Source of the DNA: Nitrospirales bacterium
GTDB taxonomy: Bacteria > Nitrospirota > Nitrospiria > Nitrospirales > UBA8639
Reading direction: 5' to 3'
DNA: 64,000 bases
Assembly (NCBI GenBank): GCA_965203295.1
Contig: CBDBCZ010000019.1
Location: 2,208,001 to 2,272,000 of the forward strand
Below are positions 30,381 through 41,011 of the stretch, piece by piece (position 1 is the stretch's first letter; each line of letters starts with the position of its first letter). The notes beneath the pieces are model-generated. The model ran no database searches. It was not told the origin of the DNA and was given only the letters and a program-made list of their open reading frames with translations. The position numbers were made by a program, and so were the translations under genes.

Positions 30381-31718
30381 TTAACCAAAGTTCGGCATAG
30401 TACCTTGTTTATGAGATGGAGGACTGGAGATGTCACATCCTAATCGATCATCCATTGGCTGCTTGGCCAAGGCCACTGATAACTCAGGCCCCAGAGGAAA
30501 TTCGCGATGATAAATCGTGAAAACATAGGGGTCATCACCAGTCAGCCCATACTTATCCCTCAGCATCTCATGCTGATCATCAGTGAGGATATGATACCGA
30601 ACCCGTGCCTCAACAACCAAGTCCTGCTTCTCTCGGGGAATTTCATAAGAAAATTGATAATCCCGACTTGCCAACGGTAAGAGCCGATTATCGTATAATT
30701 CCAGGATGACCGGTTGCCAAAGAATCCAACGCCCCATCGTTTCCTCTTGGTGGTGGTAGACCTGCCCGTTGGAATCGCGAACGACAAACTCTACCGTAAA
30801 GTGCCGATCAGGGTCGCCTGTGGGAATCTTATGTCCTGCTCCAGCATTGATAAGGGTCAGAGACAGGGATACCGTCTCACCCGGCCCTGGTTCAAGAGGA
30901 TACGCCTGCACCTGAAACGCCACTGCCCGTTTAATCATCTCGGGATCATGTCCTCCACGCCACAGGTGTTGCCGACCGTGTCGAATCGGCGCTCCAGCCG
31001 CCACTGGTCTGGTGATTTCCGGCATATGGCAATCTTGGCAAATAAATCCCTTTTCCTTCACGAAAAATTCACCCTCAAACTCGGCATAGGTTCCACACGG
31101 CCCGACATTATAAAACTGAAATGGTCCGGACACGACATTATGGCAACGATAACAAATTTTGGTGGTGCGGAAATCTGGATCGAACTGAGTAGGGTGGGGT
31201 GCCACGGAGTCATCAAACGGTCCGTAAATGACGCCATCTCGCACATGGCAGGCCGCACACGTCACGCCCTCCTGTTGGTATTCAGGATCATATCTCGGAT
31301 TAGGAGTTTGCACGGCCTGTTCAACTCGATCGTTAGGAATACTGTGAATGAGAGTCGGCTGCTGATTTTCTAAGGGAGTATGGCAATTAAGGCAAACCCA
31401 GATATTCTCGTCCTTCTTCCAGTAAGCCTGGAAAAAGGGATCACCATAGGCATGAGCGTGAATGCTTGACTTCCATTCCTTGTAAATTTCTTTATGGCAC
31501 CGTCCGCATTCTTCTGCCCGCAGGCTCTCCAATCCTACGGGGATTTTTTGAAAAGGGATAGGTCGCGCGTAATCAGATCGAAGCCCGAAAATCACGGTCG
31601 GCCTCACCTCAGTGTAAAAAAAATACACGAGAAGAGGACAAAGAACGAGGAACGCGATGAAGATATTTCTGAATTTTCTCCTTTTTACGGACATTGAAGC
31701 ACGCTCCAGGAAATTCAA
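30381..31718 (-). CDS. Membrane-anchored pentaheme c-type cytochrome (c554-like domain)
   Basis: Five CxxCH motifs (CGRCH, CLNCH, CAACH, CYRCH, CQDCH); N-terminal TM helix; GAGHKIPTG motif. Confidence 0.88.
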   Translation of the reverse strand: MNFLERASMSVKRRKFRNIFIAFLVLCPLLVYFFYTEVRPTVIFGLRSDYARPIPFQKIPVGLESLRAEECGRCHKEIYKEWKSSIHAHAYGDPFFQAYWKKDENIWVCLNCHTPLENQQPTLIHSIPNDRVEQAVQTPNPRYDPEYQQEGVTCAACHVRDGVIYGPFDDSVAPHPTQFDPDFRTTKICYRCHNVVSGPFQFYNVGPCGTYAEFEGEFFVKEKGFICQDCHMPEITRPVAAGAPIRHGRQHLWRGGHDPEMIKRAVAFQVQAYPLEPGPGETVSLSLTLINAGAGHKIPTGDPDRHFTVEFVVRDSNGQVYHHQEETMGRWILWQPVILELYDNRLLPLASRDYQFSYEIPREKQDLVVEARVRYHILTDDQHEMLRDKYGLTGDDPYVFTIYHREFPLGPELSVALAKQPMDDRLGCDISSPPSHKQGTMPNFG

Positions 31719-31791
31719 AAAAGCAGATGGCGACAGTTGCTAAAATGTATCCTCTCTCAGAAAACCCCAAAGCTCTACGCCCCGTGAGTCA

Positions 31792-32736
31792 TTAAGCATG
31801 CAGTAAAGATCGGACATGATGGTCAACCGACGAAGCCAATGCTTTCAAGTTATAGCCACCCTCCAAACAGGAAATAATGCGACTCGAGGCATGTTGTCTC
31901 GCAATCCTCGCAATAATGTTCGTCAAGGTTGCGTACCCTGTGTCAGTCAAATCCATACTCGCCAAAGGGTCATCTCGGTGAGCATCAAATCCCGCGGAAA
32001 TCAGCACAAACTCAGGCTGAAAGGCATTGGCAGCAGGAACCAAGACGTCCTCGAATACCTGTTGATACTCCGCATCGCCCTGTCCCCCAGACATCGGGAC
32101 ATTGATCGTCATTCCTTCCCCGTTTCCACTCCCGGTTTCTTTAGCTCGACCCGTTCCCGGATAGTGAGGGTATTGATGCATGCTAAAGAACAGGACCGAA
32201 GGATCGTCATAAAAAGAATGCTGCGTCCCGTTTCCATGATGAACATCCCAATCAACGATGAGAACACGCTGTAATCCGTACCGCTCCTGAATATACCTTG
32301 TCGCAACGGCAATATTATTAAACAGACAAAAACCCATAGTCCGATTGGCCTCGGCATGATGCCCAGGAGGTCTCACCGCACAAAACACCTGGGTCACTTG
32401 ACCATTCATAACCTTATCGATAGCAGTTGTGGCCCCACCAGCCGCTAAATACGCAGCCTTGAGGGATCCTGGCGATAGGGAGGTGTCCGGATCAAGGGAA
32501 GCATAGCCGGTGGATGGGACCCGACTTTCCAATTGCTGAACATAAGAAGAGTGGTGAATCTTCTCAATCCACTCGCGACTGGCAGGTTGTGGATCCACAT
32601 AGACGAGGCATTTGAGAGTCCCAGTGATTTCTAAATAAGAGGTGATCGCGCGAAGGCGTTCGGGCGATTCTGGGTGACCTGCTCCCATATCATGATCCAA
32701 GAAAGCAGGATGAAAAACAAATCCAACTCGGCCCAC
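31792..32736 (-). CDS. Histone deacetylase-family amidohydrolase
   Basis: HPESPER, RPPGHHA, DWDVHHGNGTQ, SAGFDAH and LEGGY motifs. Confidence 0.95.
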   Translation of the reverse strand: MGRVGFVFHPAFLDHDMGAGHPESPERLRAITSYLEITGTLKCLVYVDPQPASREWIEKIHHSSYVQQLESRVPSTGYASLDPDTSLSPGSLKAAYLAAGGATTAIDKVMNGQVTQVFCAVRPPGHHAEANRTMGFCLFNNIAVATRYIQERYGLQRVLIVDWDVHHGNGTQHSFYDDPSVLFFSMHQYPHYPGTGRAKETGSGNGEGMTINVPMSGGQGDAEYQQVFEDVLVPAANAFQPEFVLISAGFDAHRDDPLASMDLTDTGYATLTNIIARIARQHASSRIISCLEGGYNLKALASSVDHHVRSLLHA

Positions 32737-32974
32737 GGTTTTCTCCTTCTAGCCAAACAAAGGGTGACTCCACCCATACCTCATGACTGTGGGATAACGA
32801 AAGGGAGGATTCGACTCACCCCATGAAGCCAACATGTCGATAACAATGGCGACTACATGGAGTAGAGACGCAGAGGAAATCGTAGCACAGGATAGGACGT
32901 TAGACAACATGGAGGATCGCATGATAGGTTTTCTCAAATGCCTTCATTCTGATTACTCTAAAGGAACGACTGAG

Positions 32975-33289
32975 ATGCCAAGTCCCAAGATTGAACAATT
33001 CAAAAAGGTCCTCCAACTCGACCCTCATGATGAGACCCTCTGGTTTGGATTAGGGAAAGCCTACATGGGAGATGAAAACTGGGAGGAAGCCATATTAGCA
33101 CTCGAGAATTGCATAAACGTGAAACCTACCTATTCGGCCGCCATGTATGCCCTCGCCCAAGCACTCAAGAACCATAACCAAATTGAAAAATGCCGAACCA
33201 TTTGTGAGCAAGGCATCCAGGCAGCCACGGCGAACGGCGATCTGCTCGTCATTAAGAATCTTGAAGAGCTCAGAGATTCTTTGGCCTAA
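32975..33289 (+). CDS. Small TPR protein
   Basis: MPSPKIEQFKKVLQLDPHDETLWFGLGKAY...; AAGG RBS before ATG at 32975. Confidence 0.8.
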   Translation: MPSPKIEQFKKVLQLDPHDETLWFGLGKAYMGDENWEEAILALENCINVKPTYSAAMYALAQALKNHNQIEKCRTICEQGIQAATANGDLLVIKNLEELRDSLA

Positions 33290-33332
33290 AACACCGGCCG
33301 TTCTTCAACCGATCACACATTCATCTCCTCTC

Positions 33333-34169
33333 TCAAGACAAAACCGTTTTCAATGCTTGGGTCATGACGCCTTCTAAAGGGTAAGTCGCATAGGGATTCA
33401 CAGCCAAAAGGCGAATTCGTGAAGCCCCATTTTCCTTTCGAAAGCCGTCACCAACATACACATTGTTCAACCGAATGCTCGCCTGTGAGGGTTTAGCAGG
33501 AAGATCCAATAACGTCAGAAACAACGCACTTGTTTGATGAACCAGGGGAAATGTCGTCGCGATGACTCCTAACAGTCGCTGAAGATCGATTTTGATTTTT
33601 CCTTCTCGTTTGCTCCCTAGTCTTTCCGGACTATACACGGTGAGAGCCAGGACCACAGGGGCACAGTAATTTAATAACTGTCGGTCCTTCTCTTTAATTC
33701 GTGCCACGATTCGTTTCACAAAAATTCGTTCATCAGCGTCCCATTGAATGGATTGCCCATCGCCTTCGTCCACAGGATGTTCAACCTTTTTCCTGAGCAC
33801 AGGAGACCCGCCTCCCACAATAACCGTCACTTCAACAAACACCCGAGATGGGCCCAAGTAACATTCGAGGTCCGCCGTGGGAGCATCTGACTCGGGAAGG
33901 AAAACCACGGAAAACCCTGCGTTGGTCAAAAGAGTCGCCAACTCGACTTCCGCTTGAGCCGCTTCAGACACCCCATACCGTCGGCTGCCGTATTGCACCT
34001 GAAGCCAAGCGAGTCGTTGACGACTTGCTTCATCATGGCAGAGACTTGATATCGCCTGCCACTGGCGATCAAACATCATACGTTTGTCCGCGTCAGGACG
34101 CTGTGGATTCGCGAGAACAAGTCGTCTAGGACCATCTGAGCCCAACTTTTTAGAACGAAATCGCTTCAT
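33333..34169 (-). CDS. Hypothetical protein, possible PD-(D/E)xK nuclease fold
   Basis: EVELATLL...PTADL...VFVEVT motif spacing. Confidence 0.6.
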   Translation of the reverse strand: MKRFRSKKLGSDGPRRLVLANPQRPDADKRMMFDRQWQAISSLCHDEASRQRLAWLQVQYGSRRYGVSEAAQAEVELATLLTNAGFSVVFLPESDAPTADLECYLGPSRVFVEVTVIVGGGSPVLRKKVEHPVDEGDGQSIQWDADERIFVKRIVARIKEKDRQLLNYCAPVVLALTVYSPERLGSKREGKIKIDLQRLLGVIATTFPLVHQTSALFLTLLDLPAKPSQASIRLNNVYVGDGFRKENGASRIRLLAVNPYATYPLEGVMTQALKTVLS

Positions 34170-34247
34170 CGCTTTTCAGGAAATCGAATGTCAGGCCTAT
34201 CTTCGGAACGGATTCATTGTAGACTTTCTAGTGAGATACCGAAACCG

Positions 34248-35225
34248 CTAGAATTTTTCTCTTTGTCGAAGGGAATGATCCATGCCCTGAAAAAACGAGC
34301 GAAGATCGACGTTCCCTCCTGTAATAATGACCCCTACCCGTTTCCCGATCAATCGGGGTTCTTTTCTGAGTAATGGCGCTAAGGCCACCGCACTCGACGG
34401 TTCGATCACAATCTTTATCCGCTCAAAAACAAAACGCATGGCTTCCACGATTTCTTCTTCTTCGACCACAAAAAATCCCGTGAGATGCCCCCTGAGAATG
34501 GGCAGTGTGAGGTCCCCCAAACTGGTTCGTAAGCCTTCCGCGATGGTGTGAGGATGTTCCATAGGAGCCACTCGGTTTTCCCGAACTGAGTGGATCGCAT
34601 CCAACGCACCAGATGGTTCACAGGCATAGATCTTGAGAGATGGCCTGACTCCATGTCCGGCTAGGCAGGCGCCTGACAGGAGCCCTCCCTCTCCAACCGG
34701 GGCCAGCAACACATCCAGATCCTGAACCTTCTCAAGCAATTCCAACGTCGCAGTACCCTGGCCAGCCACAACATGAGGATGATTAAAAGCATGAACAAAT
34801 ACCCCTTAGAGCTCACTGACTAAATGATCGACTTTGCGTGCAGCTTCTTCTTGATTCGGTACCGGATGGAGCCTAGCCTGATATGTGAGGATCGCTTCCC
34901 GTTTTACAGGATTGATCGGTTCAGGCATGACCACGTGAGCTGTTAACTGTTGCAACTGACATGCGAGGGCCACCCCTTGACCATGGTTTCCAGAAGAAAG
35001 GGTGACAATAGGTCGGGCCTTTTCCTCATGAGAAAGACGGGCAATGGCATGGTAAGCCCCACGAAATTTGAATGCGCCTATCTTTTGAAAATTCTCACAT
35101 TTGAGAAATACGTTAGCGCCGGATTGTTCATTCAATTGGCGAGAGGTCAGGATCGGCGTGTCATTGACAACCCATTTCAACAAGGTGGCCGCACGTTGGA
35201 CATCTCCGAAGGTTGGAAGTGCCAT
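34248..35225 (-). pseudogene. PLP-dependent serine/threonine dehydratase, interrupted
   Basis: LKCENFQKIGAFKFRGA, SSGNHGQ, GQGT and TGGNVD motifs. In-frame TAA at 34806-34808; the phosphate loop reads GEGGL rather than GGGGL. Confidence 0.87.
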
Positions 35226-35310
35226 GGCAATCGGCAGCAACGGGTGGGCCTCCTTCGAAGCGGCTTCTCCTGATACATTGAGGCCAAAGGGATTGAGGAA
35301 AGGATTCCCC

Positions 35311-35988
35311 TTATTCAGACCGCTTTAGTTCTTCAAGGGAAAATTGTTTCGGTAAGGGCACGGGAATGACGACAGCGATCGGATCACCTCGTCGAATGGT
35401 GGTTGGCTTTTCAAGTTTCAGGAGAATATTCGAAACAAATGCGTCATAGCCAGGAAGAAAATCATAGAGGTTGGGCGTCAACTTATATTCCTGAGACTTA
35501 ATTCCCTCCCACACAGAAAACGTTCGCTTTGGAAAATGATAGAAATGGTTTGGAATGTCCTTCAACATGATACCGATTTCATGCGGGTAGTAGAACCGAA
35601 TCCCACAACACAGTTTGGGATACCCACTGTTTAAGATCGAATCCACATACGTGCCCGAAAAGGACTTGTAGCCCAATATTCGTTCTTCGGGAAGAATTTC
35701 GGGACACTGCCACTCAAAACCATTCCCGGCCCGACGGATCCTGCAATCGACCGGTGAACGAACAAGGTACCCATACTGTCCGGCCGTTCGAACCGGCCCA
35801 CAGTCATCTGGCAGCACCTTGTACCCACTGGCAACCAGCTCCCGCTGTTCCTGCAGTGTCATATTCGTCATCATCGGACGATGAGGAGAAAAATCCAACT
35901 TTAACCGTTCCGGAGCAATGGCCGTCGTATATTCTCGCTCCCAGTAAAGGGACCAATGCATGTCGGTCTTGTCGGGTGAATGGTCCAC
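35311..35988 (-). CDS. Hypothetical protein (DUF6065/dUTPase-like beta fold possible)
   Basis: CGPVRTAGQYGYLVRSPVD and IRRGDPIAVVIPV motifs; GGGAG RBS before GTG. Confidence 0.6.
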   Translation of the reverse strand: MDHSPDKTDMHWSLYWEREYTTAIAPERLKLDFSPHRPMMTNMTLQEQRELVASGYKVLPDDCGPVRTAGQYGYLVRSPVDCRIRRAGNGFEWQCPEILPEERILGYKSFSGTYVDSILNSGYPKLCCGIRFYYPHEIGIMLKDIPNHFYHFPKRTFSVWEGIKSQEYKLTPNLYDFLPGYDAFVSNILLKLEKPTTIRRGDPIAVVIPVPLPKQFSLEELKRSE

Positions 35989-36022
35989 GTTCACGCTCCC
36001 TCTATTCGCCTGAAACTCCTGC

Positions 36023-36653
36023 CTACGGTTCGGATTGGTTAGCCAGATGAGACTCCATCGAACCATGTTTGACCATCCACGCCACCTCGGCGACTCGACG
36101 ACCCAGCGCACGGGCCTCCTTCAATATCAATCCCAGGGCTATTCCCTTCCGTTGTTGCCGAGGCGCCAAACGCTCCGCCACCACCGACGACGATCATTTG
36201 ATTGCCAAGCATGGCCGCCAAAATCGTCAACATCGTCACCTCTTTACCGCTTGAAATTTGTCCCCCGGTGGCAAACGCCGCACCGACCTTATTGCGCATT
36301 TTAAACTCGGGAAACACTCCAAACTGAAACTGCCATTTATCAAAAAACGTCTTCACTTCCCCTGCCATGTTCGACCAGTACACAGGAGAGCCGACAACAA
36401 GAGCATCAGATGCAAAAAGCTGTTGGGCCGTCACATGACTCACTCGCTGCATTTCCACAGAGGTGCCTTTGACAGAACGAGCTCCTTCCACAACCGCACG
36501 AGCCATTTTCTCTGTGTTTCCAGTCATCGAATGATATGCCACCAGCACCCTCACCTTGTCGTCAAGATCAGCAGCCTCTAGATTACAGACCCACAAGCTA
36601 AAGCCACAGAGAACCACAGACACGGTAAACAATCGCAAACAGAGCTTCTTCAT
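36023..36653 (-). pseudogene. Exported WrbA-like flavodoxin with a frameshift near the C-terminus
   Basis: YHSMTGNT, GSPVYW and GAAFATGG motifs. The final helix LKEARALGRRVAEVA is in a different frame after PGID (~36130). Confidence 0.78.
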
Positions 36654-36720
36654 CACACCTTCTTCCGGCCTGACCTTACAGATCAATCGTTCGTCTTCCA
36701 TAAAGGTCAGTCAGCATCAC

Positions 36721-36906
36721 CTATCGACGTTCAATTTCCTCATCCATCTGCTCTTCAACAGAAACATGCGTCAATGTCCCACGATAATCACATCTATGGC
36801 AACGAACCCGCCATTCTTCGATCCATCGTTCCTGTACAAACGTTTGATGGCATTGCGGGCACGCAAATACCCCCTTCACATAGTGAACCTTTTTCCGATA
36901 TTTCAT
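36721..36906 (-). CDS. Small zinc-ribbon protein
   Basis: CPQC...CHRC; GGAGG RBS. Confidence 0.65.
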   Translation of the reverse strand: MKYRKKVHYVKGVFACPQCHQTFVQERWIEEWRVRCHRCDYRGTLTHVSVEEQMDEEIERR

Positions 36907-37021
36907 GAAGTGACTCCTCCCTTAAAAATTGAGGTGATAGATACGACGTAGCGTGCCATAGCCGAATTTTCATTTGCAACCGAATCAGAGAAAGCCAACA
37001 AGACACTTTCCCCCTCACCTC

Positions 37022-38017
37022 TTAGATTTTCTCTGGACTGTTTCTGCTTGCCTTCTTTCTCGGAAACAGTTCATCATGCACCCACTTGAGACGATGCCGT
37101 TCCACATGGGTGTATATTTGCGTCGTGGAAATATTGGCGTGGCCTAGCATCATTTGCACGGATCGTAAATCTGCTCCGTGCGCTAAGAGATGGGTGGCAA
37201 AAGAATGCCGAAGCATGTGAGGTGTAATTCTTTTTGAAATGCGCGCTTGAAGAGCACGGGCACGCAGGATTTTCCAAAATCCCTGACGTGTCAATGACGT
37301 CCCCCGTCGCGTCACAAAAAGAGCTAGGGAAGATCGATGTCTCAGTAGTGCAGCACGGAAATGAAGGCAATACGCTTCAAGGCGTTCACGGGCCTTTTCT
37401 CCCATAGGAACAATCCGTTGTTTGTCCCGCTTCCCCGTGGCCAAGACGTATCCAACTTCCAGATTCACATGAAGCATTTCCAAGTTAATAAGCTCAGAAG
37501 CCCTGAGGCCCGTGGCATACAACAGTTCCACCATCGCGGAATTTCGGTGACTCTCAGGTTTTGGTCCAGAAGGAAGTTCCAACAAGGAGGTCACTTCAGT
37601 TTCGGATAAAATTTTGGGAAGCCTGGACCATTTTGCAGGAGGGCTCGGAAATTGTGGGAGTAAATCGGGAAAACCAAAATCGGTATGGAGAAACCGAAAA
37701 AATCCCCTGAGACCAGCTAAACAACGAGACACCGAGGAAGCCGATAGGTTTTGGTGCTGCAAATCTTCAAGAAACCCGACCAGATCAGACTTAGAAACCC
37801 GAGAGGGATGATCCACCCCTACCTTCTTTAGATAGTGATGAAGCTTCCCTAAATCTCGCCGATAGGCGTGAAGGGTATTCGTCGCCAATCCTCCCTCAAC
37901 CCGAAGACTCGTCAGAAATTGGTCGATCAAGGCTTCCATTGAAACTGGACCTGGTGAATGCGACATTATCGACCCATCCAAATCCATAAGTTCTGGCCCA
38001 TTCTTATCATGAAACAA
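37022..38017 (-). CDS. xerD: Tyrosine recombinase XerD
   Basis: LYATGLRASEL, LTRQGFW, TPHMLRHSFATHLL and LGHANISTTQIYTH motifs. Confidence 0.92.
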   Translation of the reverse strand: MFHDKNGPELMDLDGSIMSHSPGPVSMEALIDQFLTSLRVEGGLATNTLHAYRRDLGKLHHYLKKVGVDHPSRVSKSDLVGFLEDLQHQNLSASSVSRCLAGLRGFFRFLHTDFGFPDLLPQFPSPPAKWSRLPKILSETEVTSLLELPSGPKPESHRNSAMVELLYATGLRASELINLEMLHVNLEVGYVLATGKRDKQRIVPMGEKARERLEAYCLHFRAALLRHRSSLALFVTRRGTSLTRQGFWKILRARALQARISKRITPHMLRHSFATHLLAHGADLRSVQMMLGHANISTTQIYTHVERHRLKWVHDELFPRKKASRNSPEKI

Positions 38018-38252
38018 CGTTTAACCAAGCCCACAATATGAGAATGCATACCAAAAAGTTGACATGCTGTTCAAAGAGCCCGTTCAGCAAAATCCCAGGC
38101 AACAAGATGTCTGAATAAGACCAAGGATCGCCAGTGGCAAACTTCTTCATCAGCCTGTAGGATGATCACAGTCATCATCTTGATCTTGCGACCCCTCTTG
38201 AAATTCGAAATAATGGAAATGTAATTCTCCCTATCTCTATCTAGCAGAACAC

Positions 38253-40214
38253 ATGTCTCCACGCTTCTTTCAATCTTCTGAATACGCCATTCGTTCACTG
38301 TTTTGTGTCCTTTTTCTGTTAGGAATCACTCTTTTTGAGGCCCAACCAGCTTCCGGACAAGCAGACTCTGCCCTCTCAATGGACTCTCCTGAATACACAG
38401 CTCAGGTAAATTTGGGCCAAACCAAAGCCCTTTTTGAGCAAAATCAGTTAGAAAAATCTCTCAGTGTCTTAGAAGATTTAATCGAACAATCGCCCCAATC
38501 CCCACATCTTGACCAAGCCTATTTCTTGGAAGCCGCGGTCCTGCGTGCACTAGGCCAAGGTAATCAAGCGACGATCTCTCTCGAGCACCTGATACATGAA
38601 TTTCCAACCTCCCCTTTGCTCGATGATGTCCGGCTGATCCTTGGAGCCCTGTATTTGGGAACCGATCAATCTGATCGTGCTCTCGAGGTTCTCAATGACT
38701 CTCTCATCTTGTCATCAGATCCGGCCACTCACCGGGAAGCTCGACATCTCATGCGTGAGGTGTATGAAAAAAATGGGGATTTTCTAAAAGCCATTCAGAT
38801 CACGTTATCAGAAATTGATCAGGCCGATGAGCTTGAGCGACGCGATCTCCAGGATTATATCCAAGGCGTGATTCTCCAACGTATGGACGAACCAGCCTTG
38901 AGAGATCTCCTTGAACTCTTCCCCTTACAATATCCAGGGGATCTGGCCATGATTCGATTGAATGAACTGCATATGACACAAGAAGATGAGGTGCTGGCTG
39001 AACGCTATATTCGGTTATTTCTTCGCCGGTTTCCGAATCATCCCTATGCCCAAACTGCCATGGCCCTTTTACAGTCGTTTATCGCCAAAATAAAGGCACA
39101 TGATCATATCGTGGCTGCCGTGTTACCCTTTTCAGGTCGTCTCAATCCTTATGGAAATGATTCCCTCAATGGCATTCGCCTGGCCTTAGAGGATGCCAAA
39201 GACACCTTTCCACTCAACACCGTTGGCTTAGTCCTCAAAGAAGACGACTATCCACCAACAGCCATACAACATGAAATCTACCAAATGCTGGAGGAATTCA
39301 AACCGATAGCCGTCATCGGTCCAATGCGATCAAGGGAAGTCCAAATCCTTGCACCCATTCCTGATCAAGTGGAAATCCCCTTTATTACGCCTTCTGCCAC
39401 GCTCCACGATGTTCGACAATTTGGGCAATTTTGGTTTAGCACGGCACTGACGTCAGCTCTCCAGGTCCAAGGTCTTGTCGATTATGCCTTTCGGGAATTG
39501 CAGTACCAACGTTTTTGTATTCTGTATCCTCAGAGTGCGTATGGGCGAGAACTCGGCTATCAGTTTCAAAAAGCGGTTGAAGACAGGGGAGGAGAGATCG
39601 TTGGCATTGAATCCTACCCCCGTAGGACGACCGATGCCACGAAACAAATTCTACGCTTAAAAGAAGCTGATCTGCAGAACTATGGAGAATTGATTACCAT
39701 CACCCCCGATGAAACGGACGAAGCAGCGAAGACACGGGAAGTGTATTTTCCAGGATTCGATGCCGTATTTTTGCCTGGTCTCCCAGAGGAGGTTGCATTC
39801 ATCGCGGCGCAATTGGCATTCTATGATGTGAAGGTTTCGCTCTTGGGAACGAACGGCTGGAACAGTCCAAATCTGATCAAATGGGGAGGAAGCAGCGTGG
39901 AAGGCAGTATTTTCTCCGACGGCCTGTTCCTCAAATCCCCAGATTTTGAGCTACAACAGTTCCACAAAAAATACCAAAATCGGTTCAATACCAACCCTTC
40001 CGTCTTTGCTCTTCAGGCTTATGATGCCATGCGATTGGTTTTGGATACGATTCGACATGGAGCGACTTCTGGAACAGAAGTGAGAGACCAGCTAATCCAA
40101 CGGGACAATCTTCCCACACTCGATGGATTCACGTCCTTTGGGTCGGGAGGCGTTTTGAATCGGAAAATTTTTCTTATTCGAGTCGAGAAGAGACAATTTC
40201 AACAGATCAATTGA
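38253..40214 (+). CDS. Penicillin-binding protein activator (LpoA/LppC-like; TPR plus type 1 periplasmic-binding fold)
   Basis: N-terminal TPRs, VLPFSG, VIGPM, YGREL and AYDAMRL motifs. Confidence 0.78.
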   Translation: MSPRFFQSSEYAIRSLFCVLFLLGITLFEAQPASGQADSALSMDSPEYTAQVNLGQTKALFEQNQLEKSLSVLEDLIEQSPQSPHLDQAYFLEAAVLRALGQGNQATISLEHLIHEFPTSPLLDDVRLILGALYLGTDQSDRALEVLNDSLILSSDPATHREARHLMREVYEKNGDFLKAIQITLSEIDQADELERRDLQDYIQGVILQRMDEPALRDLLELFPLQYPGDLAMIRLNELHMTQEDEVLAERYIRLFLRRFPNHPYAQTAMALLQSFIAKIKAHDHIVAAVLPFSGRLNPYGNDSLNGIRLALEDAKDTFPLNTVGLVLKEDDYPPTAIQHEIYQMLEEFKPIAVIGPMRSREVQILAPIPDQVEIPFITPSATLHDVRQFGQFWFSTALTSALQVQGLVDYAFRELQYQRFCILYPQSAYGRELGYQFQKAVEDRGGEIVGIESYPRRTTDATKQILRLKEADLQNYGELITITPDETDEAAKTREVYFPGFDAVFLPGLPEEVAFIAAQLAFYDVKVSLLGTNGWNSPNLIKWGGSSVEGSIFSDGLFLKSPDFELQQFHKKYQNRFNTNPSVFALQAYDAMRLVLDTIRHGATSGTEVRDQLIQRDNLPTLDGFTSFGSGGVLNRKIFLIRVEKRQFQQIN

Positions 40215-40262
40215 CTCAAAGGTCACAACTGTCATACATGTCTTCAAGGACGCTATAGGCTC

Positions 40263-40982
40263 GTGAACTCGCTGAGCCCAATCATTCAAACAATTTCTTA
40301 TACCGCTCTCCCTTTAATCTTCGCCATAGTGTTGCACGAGTACGCCCATGGCTGGGTGGCCAATTTATTTGGTGACCCCACCGCACGCCTTTTGGGGAGG
40401 TTGACGCTCAATCCTTTGCCTCACATCGATCGTTATGGCACCATTATTCTGCCCTTGATTTGTCTTGTTCTTCCGATTGGATTTTTAATCGGATATGCCA
40501 AACCGGTTCCCATTAATCCGGCTAACCTGCATAACCCACGTCGGGATATGGCCTTCGTAGCTGCTGCAGGACCGGCCATGAATTTCTTTCTCGCCATTGC
40601 CAGTTCCCTTCTCCTAAGCGGGATTCTTCGAGTGAGGCCTGATCTCGCAACCTATTGGCCACCTCAATCTGGAGTGGACCTGCCACAAGATCTTCAAGGG
40701 ATGATCTTGGTTCCACTTGCGGCTATGGCTCTTTTTTCCATTTTAATCAATGTCTTGTTAATGGTCATTAATCTTATTCCTGTCCCACCTTTGGATGGGG
40801 GCCGTATCCTAGTCAGTTTGCTTCCTCCCACCCCAGCCTTAGCTCTTCGCCGGTTGGAGTCTTTCGGAATGTTTATCATTTTGGGTTTGCTGATTATTGA
40901 ACCACATGTCCAAATCATCCATACAGTGATAGGGAGCGTGTTTCAACTTCTCAAGACTATTCTCCCACCCGAAGTTCTGTAA
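40263..40982 (+). CDS. Site-2 protease (peptidase M50)
   Basis: HEYAH and NLIPVPPLDGG motifs. Confidence 0.92.
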   Translation: MNSLSPIIQTISYTALPLIFAIVLHEYAHGWVANLFGDPTARLLGRLTLNPLPHIDRYGTIILPLICLVLPIGFLIGYAKPVPINPANLHNPRRDMAFVAAAGPAMNFFLAIASSLLLSGILRVRPDLATYWPPQSGVDLPQDLQGMILVPLAAMALFSILINVLLMVINLIPVPPLDGGRILVSLLPPTPALALRRLESFGMFIILGLLIIEPHVQIIHTVIGSVFQLLKTILPPEVL

Positions 40983-41011
40983 GTTGTTGGGGAAGGAAGA
41001 AAGGAACCGCC

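Noticed and set aside
32740..32970. Possible riboswitch or ncRNA between the HDAC and TPR genes
   Set aside because: No recognisable conserved motif; explained as a divergent promoter region.
13206..35225. Stop-codon reassignment or recoding explaining the in-frame stops
   Set aside because: All three stop types occur, they replace different inferred residues (W, E, others), they co-occur with frameshifts, and intact genes use all three as normal terminators.
37022..38017. Tyrosine recombinase as an island or prophage integrase
   Set aside because: Motifs (LTRQGFW) and context (near site-2 protease and trpS) indicate housekeeping XerD.
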